From the NCBI GenBank assembly GCA_038087875.1, contig CM075994.1:10356001-10420000 (forward strand): a DNA stretch of 64,000 nucleotides. The letters run 5' to 3'. The position numbers and the translations under genes are program-made. The notes beneath the pieces were generated by a model. It was given only the letters and a program-made list of their open reading frames with translations, ran no database searches and was not told the origin of the DNA. How positions within the stretch are numbered: the first letter of the stretch is position 1; each line of letters starts with the position of its first letter. This document shows, one piece after another, positions 13,122 to 25,365 of the stretch. The DNA is from Malacoraja senta (lineage: Eukaryota).

Positions 13122-13144
13122 GATAAAGCTGGTCGGGAGAGCAG
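13122..13144 (+). CDS. TRIM-B exon 4 (23 nt)
   Basis: TTTCAG|GATAAAGCTGGTCGGGAGAGCAG|GTAGGA. Same size and donor as in C and D. Confidence 0.85.
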
Positions 13145-13236
13145 GTAGGACATGCTCTTGACTGAAACTCTGTGTGGATGTGTAATGTAACAACAATTAC
13201 ATGCCCAATTTATAACCATGTGTTTACTATTTGCAG

Positions 13237-13373
13237 TACGAGTGTTGATACTGAATCGTTGTCAGTGACAGATGCTGCCCCGGCCTTTGAATCGTTCTAT
13301 CGCCCCTTTGTGTTGAGCACAGTGATAACAGAAATATCTGATGCCATTAAGCGGTGTAGCTTTTCACCTTACG
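13237..13373 (+). CDS. TRIM-B exon 5 (119 nt to 13355, or 137 nt to 13373)
   Basis: TTGCAG acceptor, then TSVDTESLSVTDAAP...ISDAIKR. Two in-phase candidate donors: GTAGCT at 13356 and GTAAAA at 13374. Confidence 0.75.
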
Positions 13374-14111
13374 GTAAAAATATTGAATTCTATGTTTTTT
13401 TAAACTAACATCATCCTCCCCTCCCTCACACACACGCACACCTTCTACCTCTATCACCCAACACATCCTCCTGCAGCTTCTCGACCCTCCCCCCCCCCCC
13501 ACCATCATTTCCTTATACCTCACCTGGACTCGTATCCATTGCGCCCCTCTACCACAACCTCCACGGATATCCCTACCTCTGGCTTCACGATTTACACCCC
13601 TACACCGTTTGTCTTTTCATCCCTGCCATTATTCAATTGGCCTATCAAAACAATCCTCTCGCTGGTGTCCGCCTCCCACTGGCGTTGGGTGGAGATGGAA
13701 TCCCACCACTAGCCACAACTTCCCATCTCACTGCTTTCCGCTTTCCGCAGACTGTTCCCTCTGCAACTTCCTAGTTCACTCGTCCCTTCCCACCCAAACC
13801 ACCCTCTCTCCAGGTATTTCCCCCTGCAACTGCAGGCGATGCAACACCTGTCCCTTTACCTCCCCTCTTCGACTCCGTCCAAAGACCACGACAGTCTTAT
13901 CAGGTGAGGCAGAGGTTCATTTGCACCTTCTCCAATGGTGGATGATCAGCCATTATCAGATTGAATGGCGATGCTGGCTCGAAGGGCCAAATGGCCTACT
14001 GCTACATCAATTGTCTATTGTCTATATGGCGAGACCAAGTGCAGGCTCGGCGATCGCTTCACTGAACACCTCCGCTCAGTCCGCCTAAATATACCTGATC
14101 TCCCGGTTGCT

Positions 14112-15430
14112 GGAAGGTCATGGAAGGTCATGCTTGACTAATCTTCTTGAATTTTTCGAAGAGGTTACTAGGGAAATTGATGAGGGTAAAGCAGTGGATG
14201 TTGTCTATATGGACTTCAGTAAGGCCTTTGACAAGGTTCCTCATGGAAGGTTGGTTAAGAAGATTCAATTGTTGGGTATTAATGGTGGAGTAGCAAGATG
14301 GATTCAACAGTGGCTGAATGGGAGATGCCAGAGAGTAATGGTGGATGGCTGTTTGTCAGGTTGGAGGCCGGTGACTAGTGGGGTGCCTCAGGGGTCTGTG
14401 TTGGGTCCACTGTTGTTTGTCATGTACATCAATGATCTGGATGAAGGTGTGGAAAATTGGATTAGTAAGTATGCAGATGATACTAAGATAGGTGGTGTTG
14501 TGGATAATGAAGTAGATTGTCAAAGTCTACAGAGAGATTTAGGCCATTTGGAAGAGTGGGCTGAAAGATGGCAGATGGAGTTTAATGCTGACAAATGTGA
14601 GGTGCTACATCTCGGCAGGACAAATCAAAATAGGACGTACACGGTAAATGGTAGCGAATTGAGGAATGCAGTTGAACAGAGGGATCTAGGAATAACTGTG
14701 CATAGTTCCCTGAAGGTGGAATCTCATGTAGATAGGGTGGTAAAGAAAGCTTTTGGTGTGCTGGCCTTTATAAATCAGAGCATTGAATATAGAAGTTGGG
14801 ATGTAATGTTAAAATTGTACAAGGCATTGGTGAGGCCAATTCTGGAGTATGGAGTACAATTTTGGTCGCCTAATTATAGGAAGGATGTCAACAAAATAGA
14901 GAGAGTACAGAGGAGATTTACTAGAATGTTGCCTGGGTTTCAGCAACTAAGTTACAGAGAAAGGTTGAACAAGTTAGGTCTTTATTCTTTGGAGCGCAGA
15001 AGGTTAAGAGGGGACTTGATAGAGGTCTTTAAAATTATGAGCGGGTTAGACAGAGTGGACGTGGATAAGCTTTTCCCATTGAGAGTAGGGAAGATTCAAA
15101 CAAGGGGACATGACTTGAGAATTAAGGGACAGAAGTTTAGGGGGAACATTAGGGGGAACTTCTTTACTCAGAGAGTGGTAGCTGTGTGGAATGAGCTTCC
15201 AGTGGAAGTGGTGGAGGCAGGTTCGATGTTATCCTTTAAAAATAGATTGGATGGGTATATGGACGGGAAAGGAATGGAGGGTTATGGTCTGAGTGCAGGT
15301 AGATGGGACTAGGGGGAAGTATTTTATTTTTAATTATAAAAAAAAATTAAAAAAAATTTAAATGTTCGGCACGGACTTGAAGGGCCGAGATGGCCTGTTT
15401 CCGTGCTGTTATGGTTATATGGTTATATGG
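14112..15430 (+). mobile_element. Young 5'-truncated CR1 LINE with uninterrupted RT reading frame
   Basis: ORF 14107-15312 (401 aa; SCLTNLLEFFEEVT...GVPQGSVLGP...KYADDT...TRGHDLRI) has no stops. (GGTTATAT)n tail. Confidence 0.95.
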
Positions 15431-16139
15431 AATGCAAATGTACAGTTTAACGTGGTACCAGGGCCAGCACATATATTGTGGGCCGAATGGCCTGTTTCTG
15501 TGCTGTGTTGTTCAATGCAGCAAACGGGAAGAGATCTAAGATAGACACTAAAAGCTGGAGTAACTCAGCAGGCCAGACAGCATCTCTGGAGAAAAGGAAT
15601 GGGTCGAGACCCTTCTTTGGAAAGCGATCTATATTATTTTGGTGTCTCAATACAACAACTTGCACAGATTCAGTTTAGCCTCAGAGGGATTTCATAGGGA
15701 AAGAATAGAAAAGCAATCTCCTGGTGAATTGAAACCGGATGGCTTTTGTGTCCACCGCAGTAACCATGGATACCGAATGACGATTGCAATTTCTTCATGA
15801 CGTCTGTGTCTGCTCCATCCAAGCAGTGTAAATATTTAGATTAAAGACTGAGTGTGGGATCAAGGGCACTTGATTTATTGAAAGATGCAGCTTGGAAACA
15901 GGTCCTTCTGAACAAGTCTGAAGAAGGGTCTCGGGAGCCTTTTCCGCTGGTGGGCCAGAGGTCATAGCCTCGGAATTAAAGGTCGCTCTTTTAAAAAGGA
16001 GATGAGGAGGAACTTCTTCAGTCAGAGGGTAGTTAATCTGTGGAACTCATTGCCATAGAGGGCTGTGGAGGCCGTCAGTGGATATTTTTAAGGCAGAGAT
16101 AGACAAATTCTTGATTAGAACGGGTGTCAAGGTCTAGAC

Positions 16140-16612
16140 AATAGACAATGGGCAATAGACAATAGGTGCAGGAGTAGGACATTCGGTCCTTCGAGCCAGC
16201 ACCGCCATTCAATGTGACCATGGCTGATCATCCCCAATCAGTACCCCGCTCCTGCCTTCTCCCCATATCCCCTGACTCTGCTATCTTTAAGAGCCCTATC
16301 CAGCTCTCTCTTGAAAGTATCCAGAGAACCAGCCTCCACTGACCTCTGAGGCAGAGAATTCCACAGACTCACAACCCTCTGTATGAAAAAGTGTTTCCTC
16401 ATCTCCGTTCTAAATGGCTTACCCCTTATTCTTAAACTGTGACCCTTGGTTCTGGACTCCCCCAACATCGGGAACATGTTTCCTGCCTCTAGTGTGTCCA
16501 TACCATTAATAATCTTATGTGTTTCAATAAGATCCCCTCTCATCCTTCTAAATTCCAGAGTACACAAGCCTAACCGCTCCATTCTCTCAGCATATGACAG
16601 CCCCGACATCCC
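16140..16612 (-). mobile_element. CR1 3' fragment
   Basis: ORF 16238-16609 is the CR1 ORF2 C-terminus, followed by the 3'UTR and tail. Confidence 0.88.
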
Positions 16613-16849
16613 GTTTGGTTATGGGGAGAAGGCAGGAAAATGGGATCAGGAGGCTGAGATCAGCCATGATTGAATGACGGAGGAGACTCGATGGGCCGAA
16701 TGGCCTAATTCTAGTCCGTGAACTTGTGAATTGGAACGCCACCTATTCCGTTTCTCCAGAGATGCTGTCTGACCCGCTGAGTTACTCCATCTTATCTTTT
16801 CCAGTCTACCTTCAACCCACCAGGTCCACTCCGACCATCGATCACCCGT

Positions 16850-17532
16850 TTGCAGGCAGTGAAGAAAGCGAATGGCATGTTGGCCTCTATAACAAGAGGA
16901 GTTGAGTATAGGAGCAAAGAGGTCCTTCTGCAGTTGTATAGGGCCCCAGTGAGACCACACCTGGAGTATTGAGTGCAGTTTTGGTCCCCTAATTTGAGGA
17001 AGGACATTCTTGCTATTGAGGGAGTGCAGCGTAGGTTTACAAGGTTAATTCCCGGGATTGTAGGACTGGCATATGGAGCAGCTGGGTTTGTAGGACTGGA
17101 GAATGGAGCAGCTGGGTTTGTATACTCTGGAGTTTAGAAGGGTGAGAGGGAATCTTATTGAAACAGATAAGATTATTAAGGGTTTGGACACGCTAGAGGC
17201 AGGAAACATGTTCCCGATGTTGGGGGTGTCCAGAACCAGGGGCCACAGTTTAAGAATAAGGGGTAAGCTATTTAGAACGGAGACGAGTAATCACTTTTTC
17301 TCACAGAGAGTAGTGAGTCTGTGGAATTCTCTGCCTCAGAGGGCAGTTGTGGCCAGCTCTCTGGATACTTTCAAGAGAGAGTTAGATAGGACTCTTAAAG
17401 ATAGCGGAGTCAGGGGATATGGGGAGAATGCAGGAACGGGGTACTGATTGTGGACGATCAGCCATGATCACATTGAGTGGCGGTGCTGGCTCGAAGGGCC
17501 GAATGGCCTACTCCTGCACCTATTGTCTATTG
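16850..17532 (+). mobile_element. CR1 3' fragment
   Basis: QAVKKANGML... and ORF 17103-17447, then the 3'UTR ending TATTGTCTATTG. Confidence 0.88.
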
Positions 17533-18988
17533 CACTAGTTCTACGCTTTCCCACTTTCTCATCCACTTCCTGCACACACGGGGCAATTTGGAGTTGAGAG
17601 ATTCACCGTGGTAGCAGGAGCTGCAGTCCATACTGATTCATTCACGGTGGTTCTATGTTATCCCGCCTTCACATCCACTCCCTACACACTGGATATTTCA
17701 GAGGCCCTATCGTCTTTTTGGGACGTGGGAGGAAACCCAGGTGGTCACAGGGAGAAAAAAAATTTAAATGTTCGGCACGGACTTGAAGGGCCGAGATGGC
17801 CTGTTTCCGTGCTGTTATGGTTATATGGTTATATGGTTGCTAAACTCTTTAACTCTCCCTCCCATTTCCACATTGACATTTCTGTCCTGGGCCTCCTCCA
17901 TTGTCAGTGTGAGGCCAAGCGCAAATTGGAGGAACAGCAGCTCATATTTCATTTGATTACAACCCAGCGGTATGAATATTGACTTCTCTAAATTCAAGAA
18001 GCCCTTCCTTTCACTCACTCTACATCCCTCCACTTCACAATTCTCCGACCAGTTTGACTGTCTCCGATTACATTGTATCTCTGTTAGCTTTGTTGTTACG
18101 TTCTCCCAGCTAACAATGATCTATGCTACATTTTTCTTGAACTCCATCCCCTTGGTCTCGTTTTCACACCTTGCACTTCCTTATCTCGTAATCTCTCTGA
18201 ACCTGACTTCGGTCTCGACCCGAAACGCCACCCATTCCTTCTCTCCAGAGATGCTGCCTGTCCCGCTGAGTTACTCCAGCATTTTGTGTCTATCTTTGAA
18301 ACAAAACGTATCCATGTTCTGCAAAGATGCTGACCCAGCCTCTGTTAATTACTTCAGCACATTCTGTCTTTTTTGTAAACTTGCATCTGCAATTCATTCT
18401 GTTAAATAAAACTGACATAGATTTATTTTTCCTCATTTATCAGACACATCTGTAGAAGCAGAGCTTGTGTGTAATTATGGGCTGCGGGGAAATTGTCGTT
18501 TTATTCCAGTAGCAAACGCAGCTGCCGGGAAGGTTCACTTTCACACAGGCAGCTGGAGATGGGAGATGCCTGAACACAACCGACAACCACACCCCTCCCT
18601 CTGTCTCACCGCCTCTCAAGAAAACAGGAGCACGTCACCTGGCCCCTCATGTCCGCCCTCGTTCAGTATGATCAAGGCGACTCCACCACAACTCTACCTC
18701 CTCTTTAACCACCTCTAATTACCAGTCGCATCAATCTCCTCTTCCTACAATCTCCCCCCACCCACCACTATCTACCACCATCTATCACAACGACAAGCAA
18801 GGGGGGAAAGGAGGTGTGGGGGGGGGGGAGGGGTTGCGTGAGGCTGTGAAACCCCGGGCAAGGTTTAAGTTGTCCTCCCGCCTGTGCCTGAGGCCAAGCG
18901 GCTTCTCCCCCGGTCCCGGGGCCGCGCTGCGCGATTCTCCCCCCGACCCCCCGGGACTGACTCTCTGATTCTCTGCTTCTCCCCCCAG

Positions 18989-19521
18989 TCTCCGTCACCC
19001 TGGACGTGGAAACAGCGCATCCGGAGCTCGAGGTGTCTGAGGATCGGAAGAGGGTGAGATGGACCCGGACCCGGAGGCGTCTCCCTGACACCGGGAAGAG
19101 ATTTACAGTCAATACGCGTGTGCTGGGATCGGAGGGATTCACGTCGGGGAGACATTACTGGGAGGTGGAGGTGGCGGGGAGTCGGGCCTGGAGGCTGGGA
19201 GTCGCCGCAGAGTCTGTGGACAGGAAGAGACTGGTTACACCGAGCCCGGAGACTGGAGTCTGGAGCATCAGGCGGGATGGTGACGTGTTTAATGCATCCA
19301 CATCCCCTCTATCCTGTCTCCCCGCCCGTCCCATCCCCGGGAGGGTGGGAGTTTATCTCAGTTATGAGTCCGGGACAGTTTCATTTTACGACGCGGACAC
19401 CAAGTCCCATCTCCACACCTTCACTGGGAATAAATTCGCGGAGAAACTTTATCCTTTGATCGGTATTGCGGATGAAAACCATTGGCTGAGAATCTGCTCC
19501 GGTTCCGCTCCGGGTGTGTAA
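18989..19521 (+). CDS. TRIM-B exon 6: PRY-SPRY (B30.2) domain
   Basis: CCCCAG|TCTCCGTC acceptor. SVTLDVETAHPELEVSEDRKRV...GRHYWEVEV...GVYLSYESGTVSFYD...KLYP. TAA ends at 19521. Confidence 0.95.
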
Positions 19522-19850
19522 ATGGGTCGGGTCCCGGGACCGGCGTCAGGAGCGGGGCTCAGGGGCTGTGGGGCAGAAACCCGGTGGACAACAGGTCGGC
19601 GCTGAACGGCTCCCATTTAATCCCCAAATTCCGCGTCGTGAAACAAACCCCAGTGAGCGCGGAAATAAAACCAGGGGGAATGTAAATGTGGGAAGAGTGA
19701 AATAAACAGCAACTGAAATCAGAGCTGTCTGTCGATCCGTTCAGTTTAACGCGTTAACCGCGTCCGGCAACGGAACAGAAATTACTTTTGTGAAAATATA
19801 AAGATTGAAACAATCTCCCTTCCCGCGGGTTCAGCAGCAGCCGCCGGCGG
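19522..19850 (+). other. TRIM-B 3'UTR/flank with AATAAA signals (~19664, ~19701), near-identical in C (36145-36475) and D (49800-50125, minus)
   Basis: Direct comparison of the three copies by eye. Confidence 0.75.
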
Positions 19851-20680
19851 CGGGCCTGAGCTCCGGGCTCCCCCGGGTCCTAATGTCCGCCGACCCACTA
19901 AATTCATAACGTGTTTGCAGCATTTGCGCTCCACACAACAGATTCGTTTTCTTAGGAACGGATCTTTGGAAGAATGGGTTCAAACCGAATTCCCGGTTCC
20001 AGGTGGGACCCCGTTGTGCTCTGTCTCTGTCTGTCTCTCTGTAGGATACGTAGATCATTCCTTGTTTCAGTCGCTGCCAGACCCCTCTCTCACCTCTCTC
20101 TCGGGTACATCATGTCTCTATCGGTGCTGCTTCCTGCTCTCGGTCACCGATTTAACGCTTCATCTCGCTCACTGCCAGTTTCCAACCAGCTCCCGCTTTT
20201 CTCTGCTCGAGCCGCGACTCTTCCCTTCGCTTTCTCGCCGTCTCGAGAAAATCCGAGTGACCAATGTCCATTCCAAGCCCGCGGACATCATCGGCTACTT
20301 CGTCTATCCACGACCCCTGTTTGCGCATCGGAAATGGATTATTCCCTCAAAGATCGAGTGCCTACAGCAACAACCCACTTACATTTACACAATGTCCTCG
20401 CATCGCTTTTTGGAGACCCCAAAGTGCTTTACTGGTGGAATTCTCTTTGAAGTGCAGCCAGGAATGGCAATTGAAATGCAGGAGTCAATTTACAGACAGA
20501 AACATTCACAAACAGAGCTTAAAAGCAAGCTATACTGTCCAAAGCGATTTGGGTTTATTTCAATTGGAGTATTAGAAGCACCAACCACATAATTCAAATA
20601 AACACAATCTTTCTATTCGGTTCTTATGAATTTTACTGGTCGTGCGAATTATCCAACTTCAGCAACGGGGTATTAAATGT

Positions 20681-21940
20681 TGCTGAAACATCCTGCACCC
20701 ACACACAACTGACTGACTTCATCCGCTTCACCACCAACTTCCATCCGGCACTCAAATACACCTGGACCATTTCCGACACTTCCCTACCATTCCTTGACCT
20801 CACTATCTCCATCGCAGGTGATAGACTCCTTACCGACATCCACTACAAACCTACCGACTCCCATGGCTATCTGGACTACACTTCTTCCCACCCTGCTTCC
20901 TGTAAGGACTCCATCCCCCACTCTCAATTCCTCCGTCTACGCCGCATCTGCTCCCAGGATGAGGCGTTCCACACCAGGGCATCTGAAATGTCCTCATTCT
21001 TCAGGGAAGGGGGGGTTCCCCTCCTCCACCATAGATGAGGCTCGCACCAGGGTCTCTGCCATACCCCGCAACACTGCTCTCTCTCCCCATCCCCCCACTC
21101 ACAACAAAGGCAGAGTCCCCCTAGTCCTCACCTTTCACCCCACCAGCCGTCACATACAACAAGTGTTCCTCCGTCAGTTTCGCCACCTCCAACGTGTCCC
21201 CACCACTCGCCACATCTTCCCATCTCCCTATGTCTGCCTTCCGCAAAGACCGCTCCCTCCGTAACTCCCTTGTCAATTCTTCCCTTCCCTCCCATACCAC
21301 CCCCTCCCCTGGTACTTTCCCTTGCAACCGCAAGAGATGCAACACTTGTCCCTTCACCTCCCCCCTCCACTCCATTCAAGGACACAAGCAGTCGTTCCAG
21401 GTGCGACAGAGGTTCACCTGCATCTCCTCCAACCTCATCTATTGCATTCGCTGCTCTAGATGCCAGCTGATCTACATCGGTGAGACCAAGCGGAGGCTTG
21501 GCGATCGTTTCGCCGAACACCTCCGGTCGGTCCGCAATAACCAACCTGAACTCCCGGTGGCTCAGCACTTCAACTCCCCCTCCCATTCTGTATCTGACCT
21601 CTCTGTCCTGGGTCTCCTCCATGGCCACAGCGAGCAACACCGTAAATTGGAGGAAATGCACCTCATATTCAGCTTGGGCAGTCTACATCCTGGTGGCCTG
21701 AACATTGAATTCTCCCAATTCTGCTAGCCCTTGCTGTCCCCTCCCCTTCATCAGCCATCTGGTTGTCTCCTCCCCTCCCCCAGCCCTCGGGCTCCTCCTC
21801 CGCCTTTTTCCTTTTTTCCTTTCTTCTCCCCACCCCCTATCAGTCTGAAGAAGGGTTTCGGCCCAAAACGTTACCTATTTCCTTCGCTCCATAGATGCTG
21901 CTGCACCCGCTGAGTTTCTCCAGCATTTTTGTGTACCACC
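20681..21940 (+). mobile_element. Penelope-like element, 5'-truncated (RT C-terminus, GIY-YIG endonuclease, terminal repeat), 10-bp TSD
   Basis: RT tail (...SLPFLDLTIS...YKPTDSHGYLDYTSSHP...). ORF 21194-21727 contains CNRKRCNTC and NLIYCIRC...IYIGETKRRLGDRFAEH. TATTAAATGT occurs at 20671-20680 and 21941-21950. Confidence 0.93.
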
Positions 21941-23264
21941 TATTAAATGTATCTGTTGTATTAATCTACAAACCTACAATATTGTAAGTGGGTTTGATTT
22001 CAATGAACCAATCCCTTTTACATTATTTCCTCTGATTATCTGCCTGTTTCTTCCCTTCTTTCACCCAATCCATCAGGTGAAATTTTAATCGCCGCCCTCA
22101 GCCCAAGAGAGAGAAATTATCATGAGTTGTTAATTGTCATATGTACCGAGGTGGAGTAATTAAATTCTTACTTGTCCTTAATCTGAGTTTGCATCTATAT
22201 CACTCCTCACAACTTTCCCTCCTTAAACTGCGGGCCACAGTTCTCTTCCTGACTACAATGTTAGTAAATAATCCTCGCTCCTCATTCACGGAATGTTGTC
22301 CGTAATCTTCCAGATTTGTAATCAGCATTCCTAACTCCCCAAAAAGTGGGTTGCAAAATCTCTGACTCAGACCATTTTGCCTGAGCCCAGACCTCTGTTG
22401 TGTGGGTAGACAAAGCTGAGATACTCAAGTGGGCTTGGGATGGGTCCGCAGTTGGTCAGACAGGATCTGCGGAGAGAGGACATGAGTTCGCATTCCGAGT
22501 CTCTGGTCGTAATTTGCCCTGAGTCTGTCAGTCCTGCTGCATATAAAAACATTACTGTTAATGGTGTTGTTGGGAATATGAGGCACTGTTCCTCCAGTTT
22601 GTGTATAGCCTCACTCTGGCAACGGAGAGGGCCCAGGACAGAAAGAACAACGTGGGAATGGGAAGAGGAGTTAAAATGGTTGGCATCCGGCAGCCCTTGG
22701 CGGACCGAGTGCGAGTGTTCAGCCAAATGGTCGGCGACTTTCACACGAAGGTGCACCAGGCCTCACCAGGAATACAGGATGCAGTAGATGAGGTGACCGT
22801 CAACCTCTGTCTCATTTGGGAGGACGGCTATGATCCCTGGACGGAGGTGAGGGGGAAGGTACTATGAATGCAGTCTGTTCAGTTGTTCAGTTTAGTTTAT
22901 TGTCACATGTACCGAGCTACAGTGAAAAGCTCTTGTTGCGTTGTATCCAGTTCACAGAAAATCAATCCATTTCCAATGTATAGAAGGCAGGAACGTGGTA
23001 TTGTTTGTGGATGATCAGCCACGATCACATTGAATGGCAGTGCTGTCTCCAAGGGCCGAATGGCCTAATCCTGCATCCATTTTCTATATATCTATGTACC
23101 CATGCCACCGACACACACATCCAAATCATTTACAGTTTTTAACAAATGGTCAACAGTTCAGCCAGCACCGAGCCCTGCGACAAACCATCTGCCCTCTGTC
23201 TCCATTCTCAGCAGCAACCCTCATCGCCCTCGGAATCCGACCTTCAGGCGAATTTTGTATACAT

Positions 23265-24080
23265 AGATACATAGAAAAATAGGTGCAGGAGTAGGCCATT
23301 TGGCCCTTCGAGCCTGCACCGCCATTCAATATGATCATGGCTGATCATCCAACTCAGTATCCCGTACCTGCCTTCTCTCCATACCCCCTGATCCCTTTAG
23401 CCACAAGGGCCGCATCTAACTCCCTCTTAAATATAGCCAATGAACTGGCCTCAACTACCCTCTGTGGCAGAGAGTTCCAGAGATTCACCACTCACTGTGT
23501 GAAAAAGTTTATCCTCATCTCGGTCTTCAAGGATTTCCCCCTTATCCTTAAGCTATGACCCCTTGTCCTGGACTTCCCCAACATCGGGAACAATCTTCCT
23601 GCATCTAGCCTGTCCAACCCCATAAGAATTTTGTACGTTTCTATAAGATCCCCTCTCAATCTCCTAAATTCTAGCGAGTATAAGCCAAGTCTATCCAGTC
23701 TTTCTTCATATGAAAGTCCTGACATCCCAGGAATCAGTCTGGTAAACCTTCTCTGCACTCCCTCTATGGCTATAATGTCCTTCCTCAGATTTGGAGACCA
23801 AAACTGTACGCAATACTCCAGGTGTGGTCTCACCAAGACCCTGTACAACTGCAGTAGAACCTCCCTGCTCCTATACTCAAATCCTCTTGCTATGAAGGCC
23901 AACATACCATTCGCTTTCTTCACTGCCTGCTGCACCTGCATGCCTACTTTGAATGACTGGTGTACCATGACACCCAGGTCTCGCTGCATCTCCCCATTTC
24001 CTAATCGGCCACCATTTAGATAATAGTCTGCCTTCCCGTTTTTGCCACCAAAGTGGATAACCTCACATTTATCCACATTA
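23265..24080 (-). mobile_element. CR1 3' fragment
   Basis: ORF 23492-24151 (NVDKCEVIHFG...RPHLEYCVQFWSP). Nearly identical to 56920-57730. Confidence 0.92.
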
Positions 24081-24959
24081 TCCCATTGGCTTGTTGAAAG
24101 CGTGAAAACACCCACCTCCAGATTCAGGGACTGTTTCTTCCCAGCTGTCATCAGGCAACGGAATCATCCTACCACAATCAGAGATCATTGCTGGACTACT
24201 ATCTACCCCATTGGTAGAACTGCATCACACAACAGTCTGTCTGTCTTTTCGTCTGTTTTGTTATTTTAAGTGTATGGGTTAATCTTCTCTGGTGTGTTTT
24301 ATGTGGGGGTGGGGGTGGGGGTCGGGGGAATTTTTTTTTCAATCTCTTACCTTGCCGGAGATGCGATTGTTTTCCGGGTCATATCTCCGGTCGCTCTGCG
24401 GCCTAACATCATGGAGCTGGCGGCCTTGATTATGATTATGATTATGACTATGATTATGATTATGATGCACTGTAATGGCTCGATTGTAATCATGCATTTT
24501 CTTTCCGCTGACTGGAGTGCACGCAACTAAAGCTTTTCACTGTACCAGATTTTAAAACCACGCTCTAAAGTCCATACAGTTTGGGGTTTGTTTCATTTAA
24601 ACACTGAAACCAAGGCAAGAAATTCAAATAAACAAAACTTTTCTATTAGGATCTTTTGCATTTTATAGGTCGTGCGAATTATCCAAATTCAACAAAGGGG
24701 GATTAAATGTATCTATTGCATTAATCTATTAATGTATCAATTCGTCATGTTTAGGGGGTCTTTGCCCTCAAAGAGGATCCCCTCATAGCTTCCACAAATG
24801 CTTCTTGATCAATTTAATTCTACCAGAAGTTCACATCTCGTTCCTGCATTGAGGGTTTCTCCACTATTCCACCTCATGCATGTGCCGTATCTGCAGACTC
24901 TTGTGTCCCAGTGAATTCTGGACATCAACAATGATGAACCAAGCATTATAAATTATTGT

Positions 24960-25365
24960 ATAAGTAAGTAAGTAAGTTTATTGGCCAAGTATTCACATAC
25001 AAGGAATTTGCTTTGGTGCTCCGCCCACAAGTAACAACATGACATACAGTGACAGTTACGAATGACTCAGATAATACTAAACATTAATAATAATAAAACA
25101 TCAATGATAAAACACCATTAATCAAGCATGTGAACCAACAAAATACTAGATCAAAGGGAGGCTACAGATTTTTGGCTGTCGGGTAGAGCAACTATTCGTG
25201 GATAAAAACTGTTTTTATGTCTGGCTGTGGCAGCTTTGACAGTCCGGAGTCGCCTTCCAGAGGGAAGTGATTCAAAGAGTTTGTGGCCAGGGTGAGAGGG
25301 GTCAGAGATGATCTTGCGCGCTCGCTTTCTGGCCCTTGCAGTGTACAGTTCATCAATGGAGGGAA
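24960..25365 (-). mobile_element. LINE 3' end (Rex/Babar- or L2-like) with (TTAC)n tail
   Basis: Minus strand encodes a ...LPSGRRLRTVKAATARHKNSF... type C-terminus. Same family as 50676-50975. Confidence 0.75.

Larger units (their letters stand above)
13720..18300 (+). mobile_element. Penelope-like remnant (13720-14111 and 17835-18300) split by a composite CR1 insertion
   Basis: Both halves align contiguously to the Penelope GIY-YIG region at 21235-21720. GGTTGCT is duplicated at 14105-14111 and 17835-17841. Confidence 0.75.
7767..19521 (+). pseudogene. TRIM copy B: C-IV TRIM (RING-Bbox2-CC-PRY-SPRY), six exons, 1-nt frameshift in the RING (pseudogene or assembly error)
   Basis: Exons 7767-8176, 8267-8362, 11370-11603, 13122-13144, 13237-13355 (or -13373) and 18989-19521, with GT-AG boundaries and consistent phases. 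The only lesion seen is GAGTGTGGCAC versus GAGTGTGGGCAC in copy C at ~7860. Confidence 0.8.

Noticed and set aside
19915..20592. 225-aa ORF downstream of TRIM-B with partial similarity to ORF 40461-40763
   Set aside because: The similarity reflects the duplicated 3' flank. The frame is not preserved between copies and there is no domain or true ATG start.
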